Translations under genes and position numbers: made by a program
Shown: piece by piece, positions 1 to 12,900 of the stretch
How positions within the stretch are numbered: position 1 is the stretch's first letter
How the letters are laid out: each line of letters opens with the position of its first letter
Origin: Nitrospirales bacterium
GTDB taxonomy: Bacteria; Nitrospirota; Nitrospiria; Nitrospirales; UBA8639
Assembly: GCA_965203295.1 (NCBI GenBank)
Contig: CBDBCZ010000007.1
Coordinates: 32,001-96,000, forward strand
Reading direction: 5' to 3'
DNA: 64,000 nucleotides
Notes under the pieces: model-generated
Databases searched by the model: none
Seen by the model: only the letters and a program-made list of their open reading frames with translations
What the model was told of the DNA's origin: nothing

Positions 1-1
1 C

Positions 2-2494
2 AGTTACAGTTTTGAAAGAAATCCTCCACTCAAATCAGAAACTGATACACCAGTTACTTTCACTCCCTTAAAGTGGGAAGCACTTCACAGTAACCTACAA
101 GCTGTTCTTCCCCCTGATGACAAGTATACATATATCATTGAAGATTACCAGTCAAAACAGTGTGAGACATTTCCTGGCGCTCCAGGATTTGCATTTGACA
201 GCCAAGTGCGCATAAACCTGAGGAACGAGGAAGAAGCGACAGAATGGCTACAAAATATGCAGCAACACAGTCTAACTACATACCGTGTAACACGTACAAG
301 CAAACCAGGTCTTCGTCGAGTATTGTACAAAAGTGAGCGCCACTGCCAACACTTCAGAAAAAAGCTATCTGAAAAACAAACAGTAAAGTCAGCTCTAGCC
401 CAGTCAAAGAAAGCTAGAAGACCATTAACAGCAATGGTTCGAGACAAAAAGACACAGTGTCCATCAAACCTCATTCTAACTGTGCAGGTACCTACAAAAA
501 AGCAGAGACTAGCAGCAGAGTCAAAGCCACACTTGATAACACATAATGCTGTGTTAAAACTTCAATTCACACACAACCACCCAATCACTTCAGCACATGT
601 GCTCAGTTTTCGAGATATTCTTGAAGAAACCAAACAGGCTTTCTTCACTCTGTTTGATAATGGCCACAGTCCATCTTCAGCACGCCATGCACACGAACAA
701 GCCCTGTACCTGCAGGCTACTAGTGAGATGAATGCACAAAAAATTCTAGCTGATCGTGCTAACAACCCACTCTTACAGGACATCTGTCGTCTCTTTACAA
801 AGTGGAGAGAGCTTAACTATGGCAAAGATGATGGTAAGGAACTATTCCAACAGCTCCAGGAGAAAGTGGATGAATATAACACCAAAAACAGAGAAACAGG
901 GGGGAAGGCCATCCTACAATGGTATGAATCTCTAGCTGAAAGCGAGGAATCTGATGGTGAATCTGAAACAAAACCACCACCATTAAAAAAGAAGAAGAAA
1001 AGGCCATCGAATAAGCCACTAATATTAGCAGTCTGCACCCCTCTTATGGCTAGGGCACACAAAGAAGTGTGCCAGGCAGGTGAAATTGTCTTCTGTGACG
1101 CTTCCTCTTCAATGGATAGATTTAATACCTCCTTGTTCATGCTTTCTACAACACATGCCTGCTCAGGTATTCCTTTAGCAGTATTTATGGTCTCAGATGA
1201 AACTGAGGAAACAGTAAAACAGGCTATGGAGACAGTAAAGCAAGTTCTACCTTCTGATGCTTTTTATGGCAATGGGCCATGTATTGGACCAGCAGTCTTC
1301 ATGATTGATGACAGCATTGTTGAGCAGGCAGCACTCTCCCAGTCATGGCCATCAGCACGTTTACTCCTGTGTACTTTTCACTTCCTGCAAAGACGATGGA
1401 CATGGCTTCATGATGGTAAAAACAAAATACAGAATGAGGACCGGATCACTCTTATACAATTAATAAGAACTCTGGTATACTGTAAATCAGAAAAGGAATT
1501 GCAAGCACAATATGTTTCCCTTACTTCATCAGCAACATCCCAAAAGTACCCTCACTTCATTAAACACATGACATCACTATGGGAAAAGCGATCCTTCTGG
1601 GCACACTGCTTCCGAACAGCTCTTCTAATCAGAGGTAACCATACAAACAATTATGCAGAGGCCGGGATTAAAATTCTGAAGGAACTTGTATTTGGGCGAG
1701 TAAAGGCTTATAATTTGGTTCAAATGTTCTATTTTGTCGTAGAAACATTAGAATTATACTATAAGCGAAAGCTAGTGAGTGTTGCAAACAACAGGCTGGA
1801 ATCGTATATCGCTCTCCGATTTCAAGGGCTTAATGCCAAAAAAATCAGCAAAGAGGATATTACTAAAAGTGATCACCAGGGGTGGTACAAAGTGAGAAGT
1901 CAGACAGTGAGAGGAAAGTACTATGATATTAACACCCACATTGGCGTATGCACATGTCCTCAGGGATTAGATGGTTCCCCATGCTCCCATCAGGCAGCAG
2001 TTGTTGTTACATACGGTGATGAATCTTGCAATTATATTGCAACAATTTCAGCTTCAGCGAGGAGAAATATTGCAAAACTGGCTCTTGGTGAAGGAGCTAT
2101 ACAAGACCTAGCTTTTTATACATCAGTTCATCAAAAACAACTGCAAAAGCAATATGGAAGTGAGCCTAACGATGGACCAACACAGGAATCAACAACTGAG
2201 AATAGAGAGCCGAACTTTGAGGGAACTGAATGGGACCTTATTAGGGCAGGCTCTCTGGACGATGAAATGGAAAAGGAACAGATTGATAACTCTACATTTG
2301 AATATAGCAAAGAGGAAGAATACAGTGCACTTTGTGACAGAATTGATGCAGTGGCTGAGACACTTAAGAACAAACTCAAAAGTCACGACCCACAACTCAC
2401 TACTGGAGTTTCCAAATTTCTGGTACGGTTTGACAAGCTTTCAGGTCAGCATTCTTCTTCTAAATTGGCTACAGCCTTTCACCAGTTTGGATGA
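2..2494 (+). CDS. MULE/Mutator-type DDE transposase with SWIM zinc finger (5'-partial)
   Basis: Frame is open from base 2 (SYSFERNPP...), so it starts upstream of the window. No introns. MULE core motifs: IVFCD (D1), FMIDD (D2), LLCTFH (CxxH), TNNYAE (E). SWIM finger CTCPQGLDGSPCSH. Upstream CP...HNH motif resembles the FAR1/WRKY-like DNA-binding finger. Confidence 0.85.
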   Translation, partial: SYSFERNPPLKSETDTPVTFTPLKWEALHSNLQAVLPPDDKYTYIIEDYQSKQCETFPGAPGFAFDSQVRINLRNEEEATEWLQNMQQHSLTTYRVTRTSKPGLRRVLYKSERHCQHFRKKLSEKQTVKSALAQSKKARRPLTAMVRDKKTQCPSNLILTVQVPTKKQRLAAESKPHLITHNAVLKLQFTHNHPITSAHVLSFRDILEETKQAFFTLFDNGHSPSSARHAHEQALYLQATSEMNAQKILADRANNPLLQDICRLFTKWRELNYGKDDGKELFQQLQEKVDEYNTKNRETGGKAILQWYESLAESEESDGESETKPPPLKKKKKRPSNKPLILAVCTPLMARAHKEVCQAGEIVFCDASSSMDRFNTSLFMLSTTHACSGIPLAVFMVSDETEETVKQAMETVKQVLPSDAFYGNGPCIGPAVFMIDDSIVEQAALSQSWPSARLLLCTFHFLQRRWTWLHDGKNKIQNEDRITLIQLIRTLVYCKSEKELQAQYVSLTSSATSQKYPHFIKHMTSLWEKRSFWAHCFRTALLIRGNHTNNYAEAGIKILKELVFGRVKAYNLVQMFYFVVETLELYYKRKLVSVANNRLESYIALRFQGLNAKKISKEDITKSDHQGWYKVRSQTVRGKYYDINTHIGVCTCPQGLDGSPCSHQAAVVVTYGDESCNYIATISASARRNIAKLALGEGAIQDLAFYTSVHQKQLQKQYGSEPNDGPTQESTTENREPNFEGTEWDLIRAGSLDDEMEKEQIDNSTFEYSKEEEYSALCDRIDAVAETLKNKLKSHDPQLTTGVSKFLVRFDKLSGQHSSSKLATAFHQFG

Positions 2495-2497
2495 TAG

Positions 2498-2773
2498 ATG
2501 GGTACTACAACAACACTACAGGCTGGGCAGCTAAGGCATGGCAAACGAATTGCTGTTCAGGCCACTGCCGCTGGGCGGAGGAAAAAGGGACGACCACGGG
2601 GTAAGGGAAAGGTGGTTGCTGGACGTCCACCCAAAGGCTCCAGTCTCAGTGCAGAGTCTCCACAAAGCATTTCCAGATACTGTATGCCAACTCGTAATGA
2701 ACCCAAGGGTCGAAGGCTGCACTCATTAAAAGCAAATATACTACTTGGACAGCAAAATGCTGGAAAATGGTGA
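2498..2773 (+). pseudogene. Detached in-frame C-terminal tail of the MULE protein (basic, AT-hook-like GRP motifs)
   Basis: Same frame as 2..2494, separated only by TGA TAG (2492-2497). Contains KKGRPRG and AGRPPK. Confidence 0.6.
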
Positions 2774-3012
2774 TAGTTGAACTCATTAATTTTTACATGC
2801 TAACTATTCCTTTGATAATCTTTATAACAACTGGTAAACGTTTGTAACTAACCTGAACCATGTTCCTCTGTGATGTAAACTGGCATGGCTGGTCATGTCT
2901 CCGCCCAAGGTCAAAGGTCGAAATTCAATTTGCGCATGCGCAGATATGTAAATCAGAATTGTGCTCCAGAGACTAAGTCGAAAGTACGTCCAAAAAAAAA
3001 ATTCGCCCGGGC

Positions 3013-3092
3013 TAGTCTCGTGCCCAGACCGTCGCTCGCTCCTAGATCCTCAGGCCTCCCTCGGAAAGCGTGGGTGTCTGGGCACGAGACTA
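3013..3092. mobile_element. TAG...CTA palindromic MITE
   Basis: TIRs TAGTCTCGTGCCCAGAC / GTCTGGGCACGAGACTA. Flanks CGCCCGGGC and CGGCCGGGC, the latter offset by an extra GCTA. Confidence 0.8.
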
Positions 3093-3256
3093 GCTACGGC
3101 CGGGCTAGGGGAATTCCGGAATGGACTGCATGCCGGAGTACGAGTACGCACATCATACCTATTTTCTATGATTATACTTTGCACTACGTTCGTATGGCTT
3201 CGCAAGACTACGTGACGCTCTATCATTTGCGCTAGACTAGCTCTCTCCAGTACGAA

Positions 3257-5828
3257 ATGTCAGCAGTAGCTGGGGAAGTATTGGGGCCCCGACCAGGGCT
3301 TGCAGTTGTAAGCTTCAATCAGGGCATCGTGGAGATTATACTGCGAGTTGTAGCCACTGTGGTGAGTTTTAATATAGGTTCGCCAGATCTGTGGTTAGTG
3401 GTTAAAAAGCTATAATAGTTAGTTAAATTACATTGTGTTCCTGTATCCTTTGAATGCAGGTTGGAGCTATTCCAGTCTTGGTTACCGGTGCCATTTCACT
3501 CACAAATGATATTCTGACATTTACTCTGCCACCTGGTATTAATGTTGATACGAATGATGTTCAGGACTTTGCATCTACGGCTGCTGGCTATTCAATTGGA
3601 ATTGCTGGGATGGCAATTTTGATCGAGTTGCTGATAATTCTTCTCCGTTTTTTGAACATTGGCATCATCAATCTCAAAATTAACATCTTTCTCTTCGCTG
3701 TAAGTTATCAGATACCTATAGGATCTACTTACTAGCACCTACTTATTTATCACCCTTGTGGCTAATAAGCATAGTCTGAATATTCCTGAGCTTTATACAA
3801 TAGTAGGTAGACCTATGCATCAGACCACACTTGTGGCGGGATACTGTAAGTGTTCCTTTGCCTTCATTGTGGGCTGGAAACAAGACAAGCTACGTATAGC
3901 TAGTGCCTGTAATATTCGAAACATAACCTTCAAGCATGCATATATGTATTCCACACTCTTATAGGAGTATTTATGAAGCCTTGAAATATTGCCAAGCAAT
4001 ACCTAACTGTGATGATTCACAGATGCAAGCTATTGCACACTTCTTCCTTTTTCCTCTCCCAGACATTTGTGAAAACTGATCAACCATGGTGATGGCACTA
4101 TGCCAAAGTATAGTGTTTAGTTTCCCATGTACACATACAGAAGCCACGTATGCATGAACGTGGTATTTACCTCATTAGGTCATTCCTTTGCCTATGGTTC
4201 CACAGCTTTTTATGCAGCAGCGTATAGCTGCAAAAAACTGATACAATGATAGGTGGCTTATGAGATTGTAGAGTAACAGGCAAGAACTGCAGGAAACTTA
4301 GACACAAAGAAAAAACAATTAAGTTTTTACCTGATTTTATGAGACTAGAGACTTGTGCAAATTACATGCACATGGTTAAGGAAAGAATAGCTTAATTAGT
4401 TCCAGTACAAGCTGCATAATATCTTTACTGGGTATAATTATGCCGGCCGTAATATAAAGTATTATTGCATATGAAATAAATGTCAATTCATCCATTGCAC
4501 AGGACATTGCGTTCAGTGTACTCTTCGCCATGGCATTTCTGGCAGCTGGTGTTGTAACAGCCATCTCTGCTAGTGATTGGGATAGTGCGATTGATCAAGC
4601 AAGAGCCGCTCCAATCGATCTTTCTTCTCTCATTTCACAAGCCGAAGACATTCGTAACTCCATGGCAGCTGGTGCAGTAAGTTCCCGATTCATAACACAA
4701 AGGGCTTCAGCTCTTTTTATACGTTAATATTATCATTCAAGGTGTGCCACCCTAGCATTGTTTTCAGGCTCTACTGCCCAGCTGGTTTTTTTAGCACATA
4801 GTAAAATAAGCGGTCGTTTTACTATGTGCAAAACTGAAAGCCGGGCAGTAGAGCCTGGGAACAAGACTACGCCACCCTTGCCAGACCTGGCTGTTAAGGT
4901 AGCGGGCAAGAAATCTCGCGATTAATAATAATCTTTTGCTACACTGCAAAAATAAAGTCGTTGGTTTTAACCCACATAAGGTTACCTCAGTTGCAGCCCC
5001 AGTACCAGAGAATGTGCAGTTACGTGCAGTGCAATAAGCTCGAAAGCCAAGCTAGATCAGCTTTCTTCGATGCATGGGATAGAAATGGGTTGGTACAAAA
5101 TATGTGTTGCTAAGTGTCCTAATGGGTCTTTCCTTCCTTCTGAAATTGGAGAAATGGGGTGGTAAAGTGTTTACATTGTTTGTACACTGCAACTGCTAGC
5201 TGGTTTAAAGCATGCAACCTTTTAGGTTTTGCAGTGCGTATTTCCTTAATTATAGGAGCCATAAAGGTTTTGTGTTGGGTAAATAATGTAATTGATCTGC
5301 CTGTACATGATGTATGCACATTTCTTGGTATGTATAGTGAACTTGCAACTGAGATACCTGGATTAAAGTGACCCTTTTGCTTTTGTAGTGTAGTGGGGGT
5401 GCTTTCTGCAAAGATTTAGCAGCACCCTATTTGGGTGATTTACTAAGCCTAGCCCACCAAATTGAGCATACCTCTACCAAACTTGAGAATACTCTTAAAA
5501 CATGCTTCAGGAGCTGCTCAAAATTTCATATTTTCTCATATATAGGAATAATATATGCTTGTTTTTTCTTCACTTTTGTACGATTTCCAGTACTTGATTT
5601 GGTTAGACGACTATATTATGGTTCTATTTAACTATTTGAGAATATTTCACATTTTTTAAAAGTCTACTGCAAACATTTAACTACAACATGTTCAAAATCA
5701 CACAGGCATTCGGCTTCGTTGCTCTCATACTGTTTGCTGTTCTCGCTGTGTGGATGATCATTTTTATGGTGAAGAAGTGGAATGAAAAGGTGGTGAAATA
5801 CACACTCAAGGAGGCTGCCACTGGATAG
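3257..5828 (+). CDS. MARVEL-like four-TM protein, paralog 1 (213 aa)
   Basis: Exons 3257-3361, 3460-3699, 4503-4676, 5706-5828, all GT-AG phase 0. Motifs: GIVEIILRVV (TM1), DIAFSVLFAMAFLAAGVV (TM3), AAGAAFGFVALILF (TM4), C-terminal WNEK. Confidence 0.85.
4753..4869. mobile_element. TAG...CTA MITE (diverged)
   Basis: TIRs TAGCATTGTTTTCAGGCTCTACTGCCC / GGGCAGTAGAGCCTGGGAACAAGACTA. GCCACCC repeated on both flanks. Confidence 0.65.
4942..5236. mobile_element. CACTG-ended non-autonomous element (CACTA/EnSpm-like), copy 1
   Basis: CACTGCAAAA...TTTTGCAGTG termini. Body closely matches 8008-8316 and 10248-10548. Confidence 0.75.
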
Positions 5829-6106
5829 AATATTGATTTCATTGTTGATCAACAACTTGAGTCACTAGCAATAGAATTCATTCACTGTAACATGCAGTAG
5901 TAAACTAGTTGAATATAATATTATGCTGGACAGAGAATTATGAATGTAGTATGATATGGAGGATATTATGTTTCCACTTCGAGTTCACAAAAAATAAGCA
6001 GTTATGGTACTATGCCAATGCCAAGTAAGATGTTACGCATAGTGCCCTTTAATTCAATATTGCTGCATGCATATGCATAGAAAAATCTATGCACACTGCT
6101 GCCTCA

Positions 6107-6160
6107 CCCTAACCCTAACCCTAACCCTAACCCTAGCCCTAGCCCTAGCCCTAATGCTAA
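6107..6160. repeat. Short telomere-like (CCCTAA)/(CCCTAG) tract
   Basis: About 8 hexamer units. Confidence 0.8.
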
Positions 6161-6968
6161 CATTTCTTGGCAAAGCCTGTGCAGTATTGTCAGGGTGTTG
6201 ACAGCTAGCTACGTAATGAACGTGTACTCATTGAATCGAAGCCAAGGTTGTCACAAAGCTAAATTGGTGTGGCTAACTGTTGCCTTACTGGCCTTGAGTG
6301 ATAAAAGAAATGTGGCTGGCTTAGAGCCAGCTAATTGGACTCCATTCTCTATATAGCTATTGAGAAGTTAGAAGCCTAGGGCTGAAACTGTGCATCAGAT
6401 AAATCAGGATGTAGTACTGTCATCAAGTTGTACACTGAAGAAGTTATCTAGGAAGCTTAGCTACAAGGATTACAATAAAACTGTTACATAATACACGTAG
6501 GATCTTTGAAATTCCTGCATACAAGTAATCATTCCCAACTCATAACCTTACATGCATGCAGGTATGCAGAATTAAATATGGCTGATTGCACAGAATATAG
6601 TGCTACGTACAATCGTATATAGCTCTGGCCATGGTGAGGCTGCATTTATGCTACATGCAGCAATTAAGTTTTGTGCAAACATGCCATGTTTGGAGAACCA
6701 TACCGGTGATTAAAAAAGGTATAAGCTTATGATCGATCAAAATGGAGGAGCATAGGTTTCCATTTATATAGGGAAAACATCTCATTAGTGCATGCACTGA
6801 ATAATACTTTTACCGAGCATGCAGGAAAATGCATTGCATACACAAGAGTATAATTTCATGACATTGTACTACAAGGATGTTATGGTATAAGGTGACAAAT
6901 TGAGCACGTATATAGTGGTACATAGGTTGCACAGTGAAGTCTTTGTACACATACATACTATGTCACAG

Positions 6969-9900
6969 TTATCGATGCTTGAGGATGCTAGTAATTAACT
7001 TGTCCTCATCTTTTGCAAAAGTTGACAAGTTCAACCTGTAGTTAGAGGTATTGGATGATAGTACAGTCAGATCTTATAACACAGAGTAGTATGCTGGATC
7101 ATTTCTATAGTAACCATGACAGAAACTGGCGTTATTATAACTGTAAAATAGAAGGGCTGTTTTAAATTCTGATCGGTTACTGCAATTGCAGGGTACAGGG
7201 TGGGTTTCTGATACGTTGTGGTAGGAATGTCAAAGTGTTTGGGCTTATACAGGAAGCTAGCATGTTGAATAAGTTCTTTACTTTATAAGACTTATCCATC
7301 CCATCAATTTTGGCAATAATGGTGAACTCACGATGTTCGTGGGAAGTCAGTGTAGCAGTCAAAGAGTATGAGACGCTTCTTCCTCATGTAGACAGTAGAG
7401 ACCAGCACAGAGAGCACAATGACAGGAACAAAGAATAGGGCACAATACCCGATGGACCACCAGAAGCCATTCTGATGGAATAATAGCATTGGTAATAATA
7501 TAATACTTACTCTACATGTAAACATACTGTTCTTTCTACTATGCATATATGTATTGATATTCTTATGTATAGTGTCATGGAAATAATTTTCTTATTGGCA
7601 GGTTAAAATTAGAAAATGCTTAGAATAATTTTTTATAGTTGCTGACATTATTGTGTGTTAACATAGAGTATATATGTACCGTGAAAGTGAAATTCCTGAT
7701 GATGGTATCTGCACGTTCCTACACAAATACCTTTCGGTGAATACTTATAATTTAGGTTTTCAGGGGTCCATAAAGTTAGTGGAATGATCCATTAATGTAT
7801 GATGAGAGAGACAAATTCTGTATTTGAGCACCAGTTAATTGTACTCCCCATTTCAGCAGTGCCAAACCAAAATACAACAGCAAAAAACAAAAAAAAAATC
7901 CAGTGTCAATTGTTTGCCTCAACTTCTTCATTTTCTCCTGCCACGGAGTAATAGTATGCATGGCATACACACATGAAGAACTAAGAGGCTAGTGTGGGAC
8001 TCATTCACACTGCAAAAATAAAGTGGTTTGTTTACACCCACATAAGGTTACCTCAGTTGCAGCCCAGTACCAGAGAATGTGCAGTTACGTGCAGTGCAAT
8101 AAGATCACTTTACTCAGGAAGCCAAGCTAATTTTTTTTTGTTTGGTGTGACTAGGAACAAGATACCGGTATGTGTTACTAATTGTCCTAATGGATCTTTC
8201 CTTTCCTCTGAAATTGGGGCGGTAAAGTGATCTACTTGTTTACGTACACATTGTTTTGTAGACTGCAACTGAGATAACCCCAGCTGGTTTGAAACCATCC
8301 TTTGATTTTTGCAGTGTATACATTAATTGACACTGTAAACATGTTATAAAAATTTAGCTACATACAAGCATTGTGTACATGTATGCCCTTTACCATTCCA
8401 TCCAGTTTGTCTCTGCACAGAGTATTGTAGAAATCTGTATAGGCCACCCAAAGAGGTCTACAGTCGCACACCTCCTCAGTTATCTAAGCCATGGGGAAAA
8501 ATTGGTTAAAAAAGAAAATCAAATTCTTTATCCAATGCTAACCTCAGAGATGGTATGTCTAAAGAATTGACGGGTATAGCTAATAATTCTCCTTGCAGAG
8601 CCTGCAGTGACCTAAAGGTGAGAAAAAACAGTCCACTCATGTAATTCAAGTGGATAAATACAAACCCTATGTAGGTGGAATATAGTGGGGACCACAAATG
8701 TGAGATATGGCATGCCACAAATGTTGACTATGTGACTCTACTCTCCAGCATGGCTTATGATTGAAAATCACATTACCGGGTTTAAGAGATGAAGAAGAGG
8801 CTCTTCAGTCAGCATTTGTGAAAGGAAAGCAATTTTATCCACTGCTATGCTTGTGTCAATCTTGTGTATGTGCGTGTGTGTGAGTGAGAAATGAAAGCAC
8901 AACAGGATAGAAACAATGCATGTCAATCATATGATTAGTGATGTCTTTTTTTTTCTCTAATGAACCATACAATACAATACAATACAACACAATACAAAAC
9001 AAAACAAAACAATACAATACATTGGTCTGAAAAGTGTATTGATGGAAACTTACGACTACATTATCGATGAAAGCAGTCAGTTCATCCACATCAGCTTCCA
9101 ACTGATCCTGAAAGGAAGTCACCTCACGATTACATATTACTGTTACTATAATGCGATTTTCTCTCTAAGCTCACAAGATTCCTTTGGATTGGGAGTATAT
9201 AGTTATCTTGGACGTCTATTAGTTCACTTATGATGTCTTGTAGCCTCCGTCCCAAGCGTCTGCCCTGGTTTTGTAACCAACAGAACAAATGACAACGTAA
9301 CACCAATATGGCATTGAATTTATCTTAGTTACTCACCTCATTCATGGTGAGAGTTTCATTGAGCATTACTAAGTTGTCAATAGTGCTAGAAATATCAAAT
9401 GCTAGCAGTGAAGCATTAATTGCTTCATGAAAAGCTGCATGGAGACAGAATAAATATACGCTACAATAACTCAAAGCCTTGGGCATATCCAATACACCAT
9501 AAATTATTGCATTAACACCAACTCGTATTGTTTGAAACTCTAGCTAACTGTGTGATTCAGCATTCCCTCTTTAAAATGATCCCTAAATAGTATCACAATA
9601 TTCTTCATAGTCAACAACACTGTAGAAACGTACCTGTTGTGTTAATACCATCGATATTTGCGTCCACAAAACTCATAAGCTCCTCCTGGGCAATGGTACT
9701 TAAGAAGTGATTGGGTTGATAGCTATGAATGAAAGCGGCAGTTACGTTGTCCACTTCACCATTGACAGCGTTAATAAACTATATGAATAAAAGAAATAAA
9801 TATAATGTAGTAGAGAAAATAATGGGTATCAAATTTGGTGGTTACACAGAATCCAGGAGATTTGTAAGTTTCGTGGCTGTGCATGCACATTCACAAATTG

Positions 9901-12900
9901 AGAGAGTAAAATTAACTTGTTCTGGTCAATGAAGTCATCTTCAATCTCCAAGTCTATTTTATGTTTGGGATGTTTTGTTTAGCATACAAGATAGTAGCCT
10001 TATTCTCAGCTCCCCCCAAGAACATAAGCGAAAATAAACGGATAGTATGATTGCACTGTATCCAGGCTACACTCTTACTTTGTTTCGGCATTGGAATCAA
10101 CCCACCTCTTGTGAGATCACAAACTCGACTTCTACATCAACAATATTACTCAAATTTAAGGCAGTGTAGAGTGTTTGATTAGCTTCACAGTTCCTGCAAA
10201 TAAATGGTTAGCAACAATCAAAGAAATAAATGAATGGGGTAATTATACACTGCAAAAATAAAGTGGTTTGTTTAAACCACATAAGGCTACCTCAGTTGCA
10301 GCCCCAGTACCAGAGAATGTGCAGCTACGTGCAGTGCAATAAGATCACTTTACCCAAGCTAAATCGTTTTCTTTGGTGAGGCTAGAAACAAGATATGTGT
10401 TACTAATTGTCCTAATGGATCTGCCCTTCTTCTGGAATTGGAGAAATAGGGTGGTAAAGTGATCTACTTGTTTACGTACACATTGTTTTGTAGACTGCAA
10501 CTGAGTTAACCCCAGCTAGTTTGAAACCATCCTTTAATTTTTGCAGTGTAAAGCTGAGGAATTACAGGTGTAGAACATTTCCTAGTTTTGAAGGCAAAAT
10601 TGCGTTATAACATAATGTGAGTACTGTGAATACGTATCGTACATAGCTTTTTGCATGCTCAAACCGAGCTAACAATAATCAGAAATCTTGCAATAAACAC
10701 CTGGTCTGTAGTACATTGCAGAATGTATAAAGGCATACCTCAGAGCTTCGGAGATCGCAAAGACCTCAGATGAGTCTCGAAAAACAAGTGTTCCCAGCAA
10801 AGAGCCTCCCCACAACTCATTGTTGTCCACTACCTACAAAGGCAATACATGTAGGCCACTGTGTCACTGGATACTTGGTGTTTATATGGGGGTGGCATCA
10901 AGTTGTGAAAAATCATGACCGTACTTCATTGCAGATTTTAAGCGGTTCTCACGTTACCACCCACAGACCGGACAGCCAAGAGGTACCTTTTGTTCCATAT
11001 TTCAAATAGCGGTGGGACATATTAGTTGGCAACTGCACTCCTCCAGGTAACAGGCTACTCCATAGTAGTCTGTGCTACTCAGTATTGTCCGGCAGTGCAA
11101 CTTCAAGCATGGGTAATTATGGCCTGCAACTTCAAGCATGGGTAATTATGACCTGCAACTTCAAGCATGGGTAATTATGACCAGCAACTTCAAGCATGGG
11201 TAATTATGACCAGCAACTTCAAGCATGGGTAATTATGACCAGCAACTTCAAGCATGGGTAATTATGACCTGCAACTTCAAGCATGGGTAATTATGACCTG
11301 CATCTTCAAGCATGGGTAATTATGACCAGCAACTTCAAGCATGGGTAATTATGACCAGCAACTTCAAGCATGGGTAATTATGACCTGCAACTTCAAGCAT
11401 GGGTAATTATGACCTGCATCTTCAAGCATGGGTAATTATGACCAGCAACTTCAAGCATGGGTAATTATGACCAGCAACTTCAAGCATGGGTAATTATGAC
11501 CAGCAACTTCAAGCATGGGTAATTATGACCAGACTTAAAAATGCAGTGCAGTGCAACTTATAGAGAGCATATATACCAAGTAGCGCAGATTACTCCATTA
11601 CTTTGGAGACTATACTGTAGCAGGGACAACTATGGAGTATCATGTTACCTGGCATAGAGCAATGCAAACTGATGAGATCCACGTACCGCACTAGAAGTGA
11701 GGGTCAAGAGGTATCTCTTGGCTGTCTGGTGAGTGGGTGGTGATGTGTCAACCTTCCCGCTGAAGGAATATACGTATTATAATAGAATATTACATACCTC
11801 AGTGAAGAACTCATAACTAGGGCCTTCCATAGCCTGACAACTCTTGAGAACACCGACTCCCATGAAGAATGACAGAGAGGCCAGAATCAGCAGCAGAAAA
11901 CCAAACAGAAACATACCTCCAACGGCACTGCAGGAAAATGCCACCATTCTTAATACATAGATATTCACTCACAATTACTGCTATGGTAATGGATCTAGCT
12001 GGAGGGTGAGATTGTTGCAACTATATTCATTCAGAGGAGGACGGCCGAGGTTGACCTTTGCTAATCGGCTAGGTCTCATTAAAGTGACGTGTAGCCGGAC
12101 AATCTGTATTACTTACTTGCCTCAATCTTGCATATGTGTGTGTGTGTGAGCGCATAGGTGAAACTACTATACTGTCATTATAATGTGATCACGCTGTTTT
12201 GTAAACAGGAAAGTGTACATTGTTACAACATGTACATGCAGACTCACATGAGTAAGATCACACCACCACAGTGTGATGTCATGGTGCGTTCATAAACTGA
12301 TTTCCTCCTGAGTCCGATCATCCCCAGCAGTACACCTGTCAGCACTAGGATCACACTCACCATAGCAACACCACATGCAGCAATGCCACACCAATATCTG
12401 GATTGAAAGAGAGAAACTCAAGAGTCAGTTGACACAGCCAGGCCTGTGATAGGATGTTATATAGCGCAACCCCTCTATTGTGGACACTTTGAGGACATGG
12501 TGAATATCCTGTATAGAGGGGTGTCCTTATTTCAGGGGTAAATTTATAACATATGTGGGACATAGCAAAGTGTCAACATGTCCTTATTCAGGGGTGTCCT
12601 TTACGAGATGTTCCACTGTAATACACATGCTAGTACAGGAGTTAGTATATGGCAGCTGGACCCTACAGGCTGTACGCAGTCTGCATATTCAGGTGTGTAG
12701 GTACTCTGCATCTTGAATTCTTACGACGTAGTAATGTATAGTATAAAGTTTAAAATAAACTATGTTTCCTGTTACATCACTATTGCATAATGGTTATGTT
12801 AGGCAGCTCGATGCCATTTCCTGCAAAATTGTATGTCATATAAACATATCTAGAGTGCGAAAGTTCTGCCAAAAGCCGTTCACTGTCACAAGTTTATGTG

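Larger units (their letters stand above)
1..2975 (+). mobile_element. Right part of a Mutator-like DNA transposon; putative right TIR about 2880-2975 ending ...CTCCAGAGACTA
   Basis: Transposase ORF is followed by a GC-richer segment ending in GAGACTA, the same terminus as local MITEs. The left end lies outside the window, so TIR and TSD cannot be confirmed. Confidence 0.55.

Noticed and set aside
145..2395. Minus-strand and off-frame ORFs overlapping the transposase
   Set aside because: Shadow ORFs of a long coding sequence.
2492..2497. Selenocysteine or simple stop read-through
   Set aside because: TGA is immediately followed by TAG; no SECIS recognised.
9241..9268. TAG-MITE left end (TAGCCTCCGTCCCAAG)
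   Set aside because: No partner TIR, and the minus strand reads as a plausible prominin exon (RRLGRRLQDIISEL).
11097..11531. CRISPR array (29-bp repeat)
   Set aside because: Units are head-to-tail with no unique spacers, no cas genes are present, and it lies in a eukaryotic intron.
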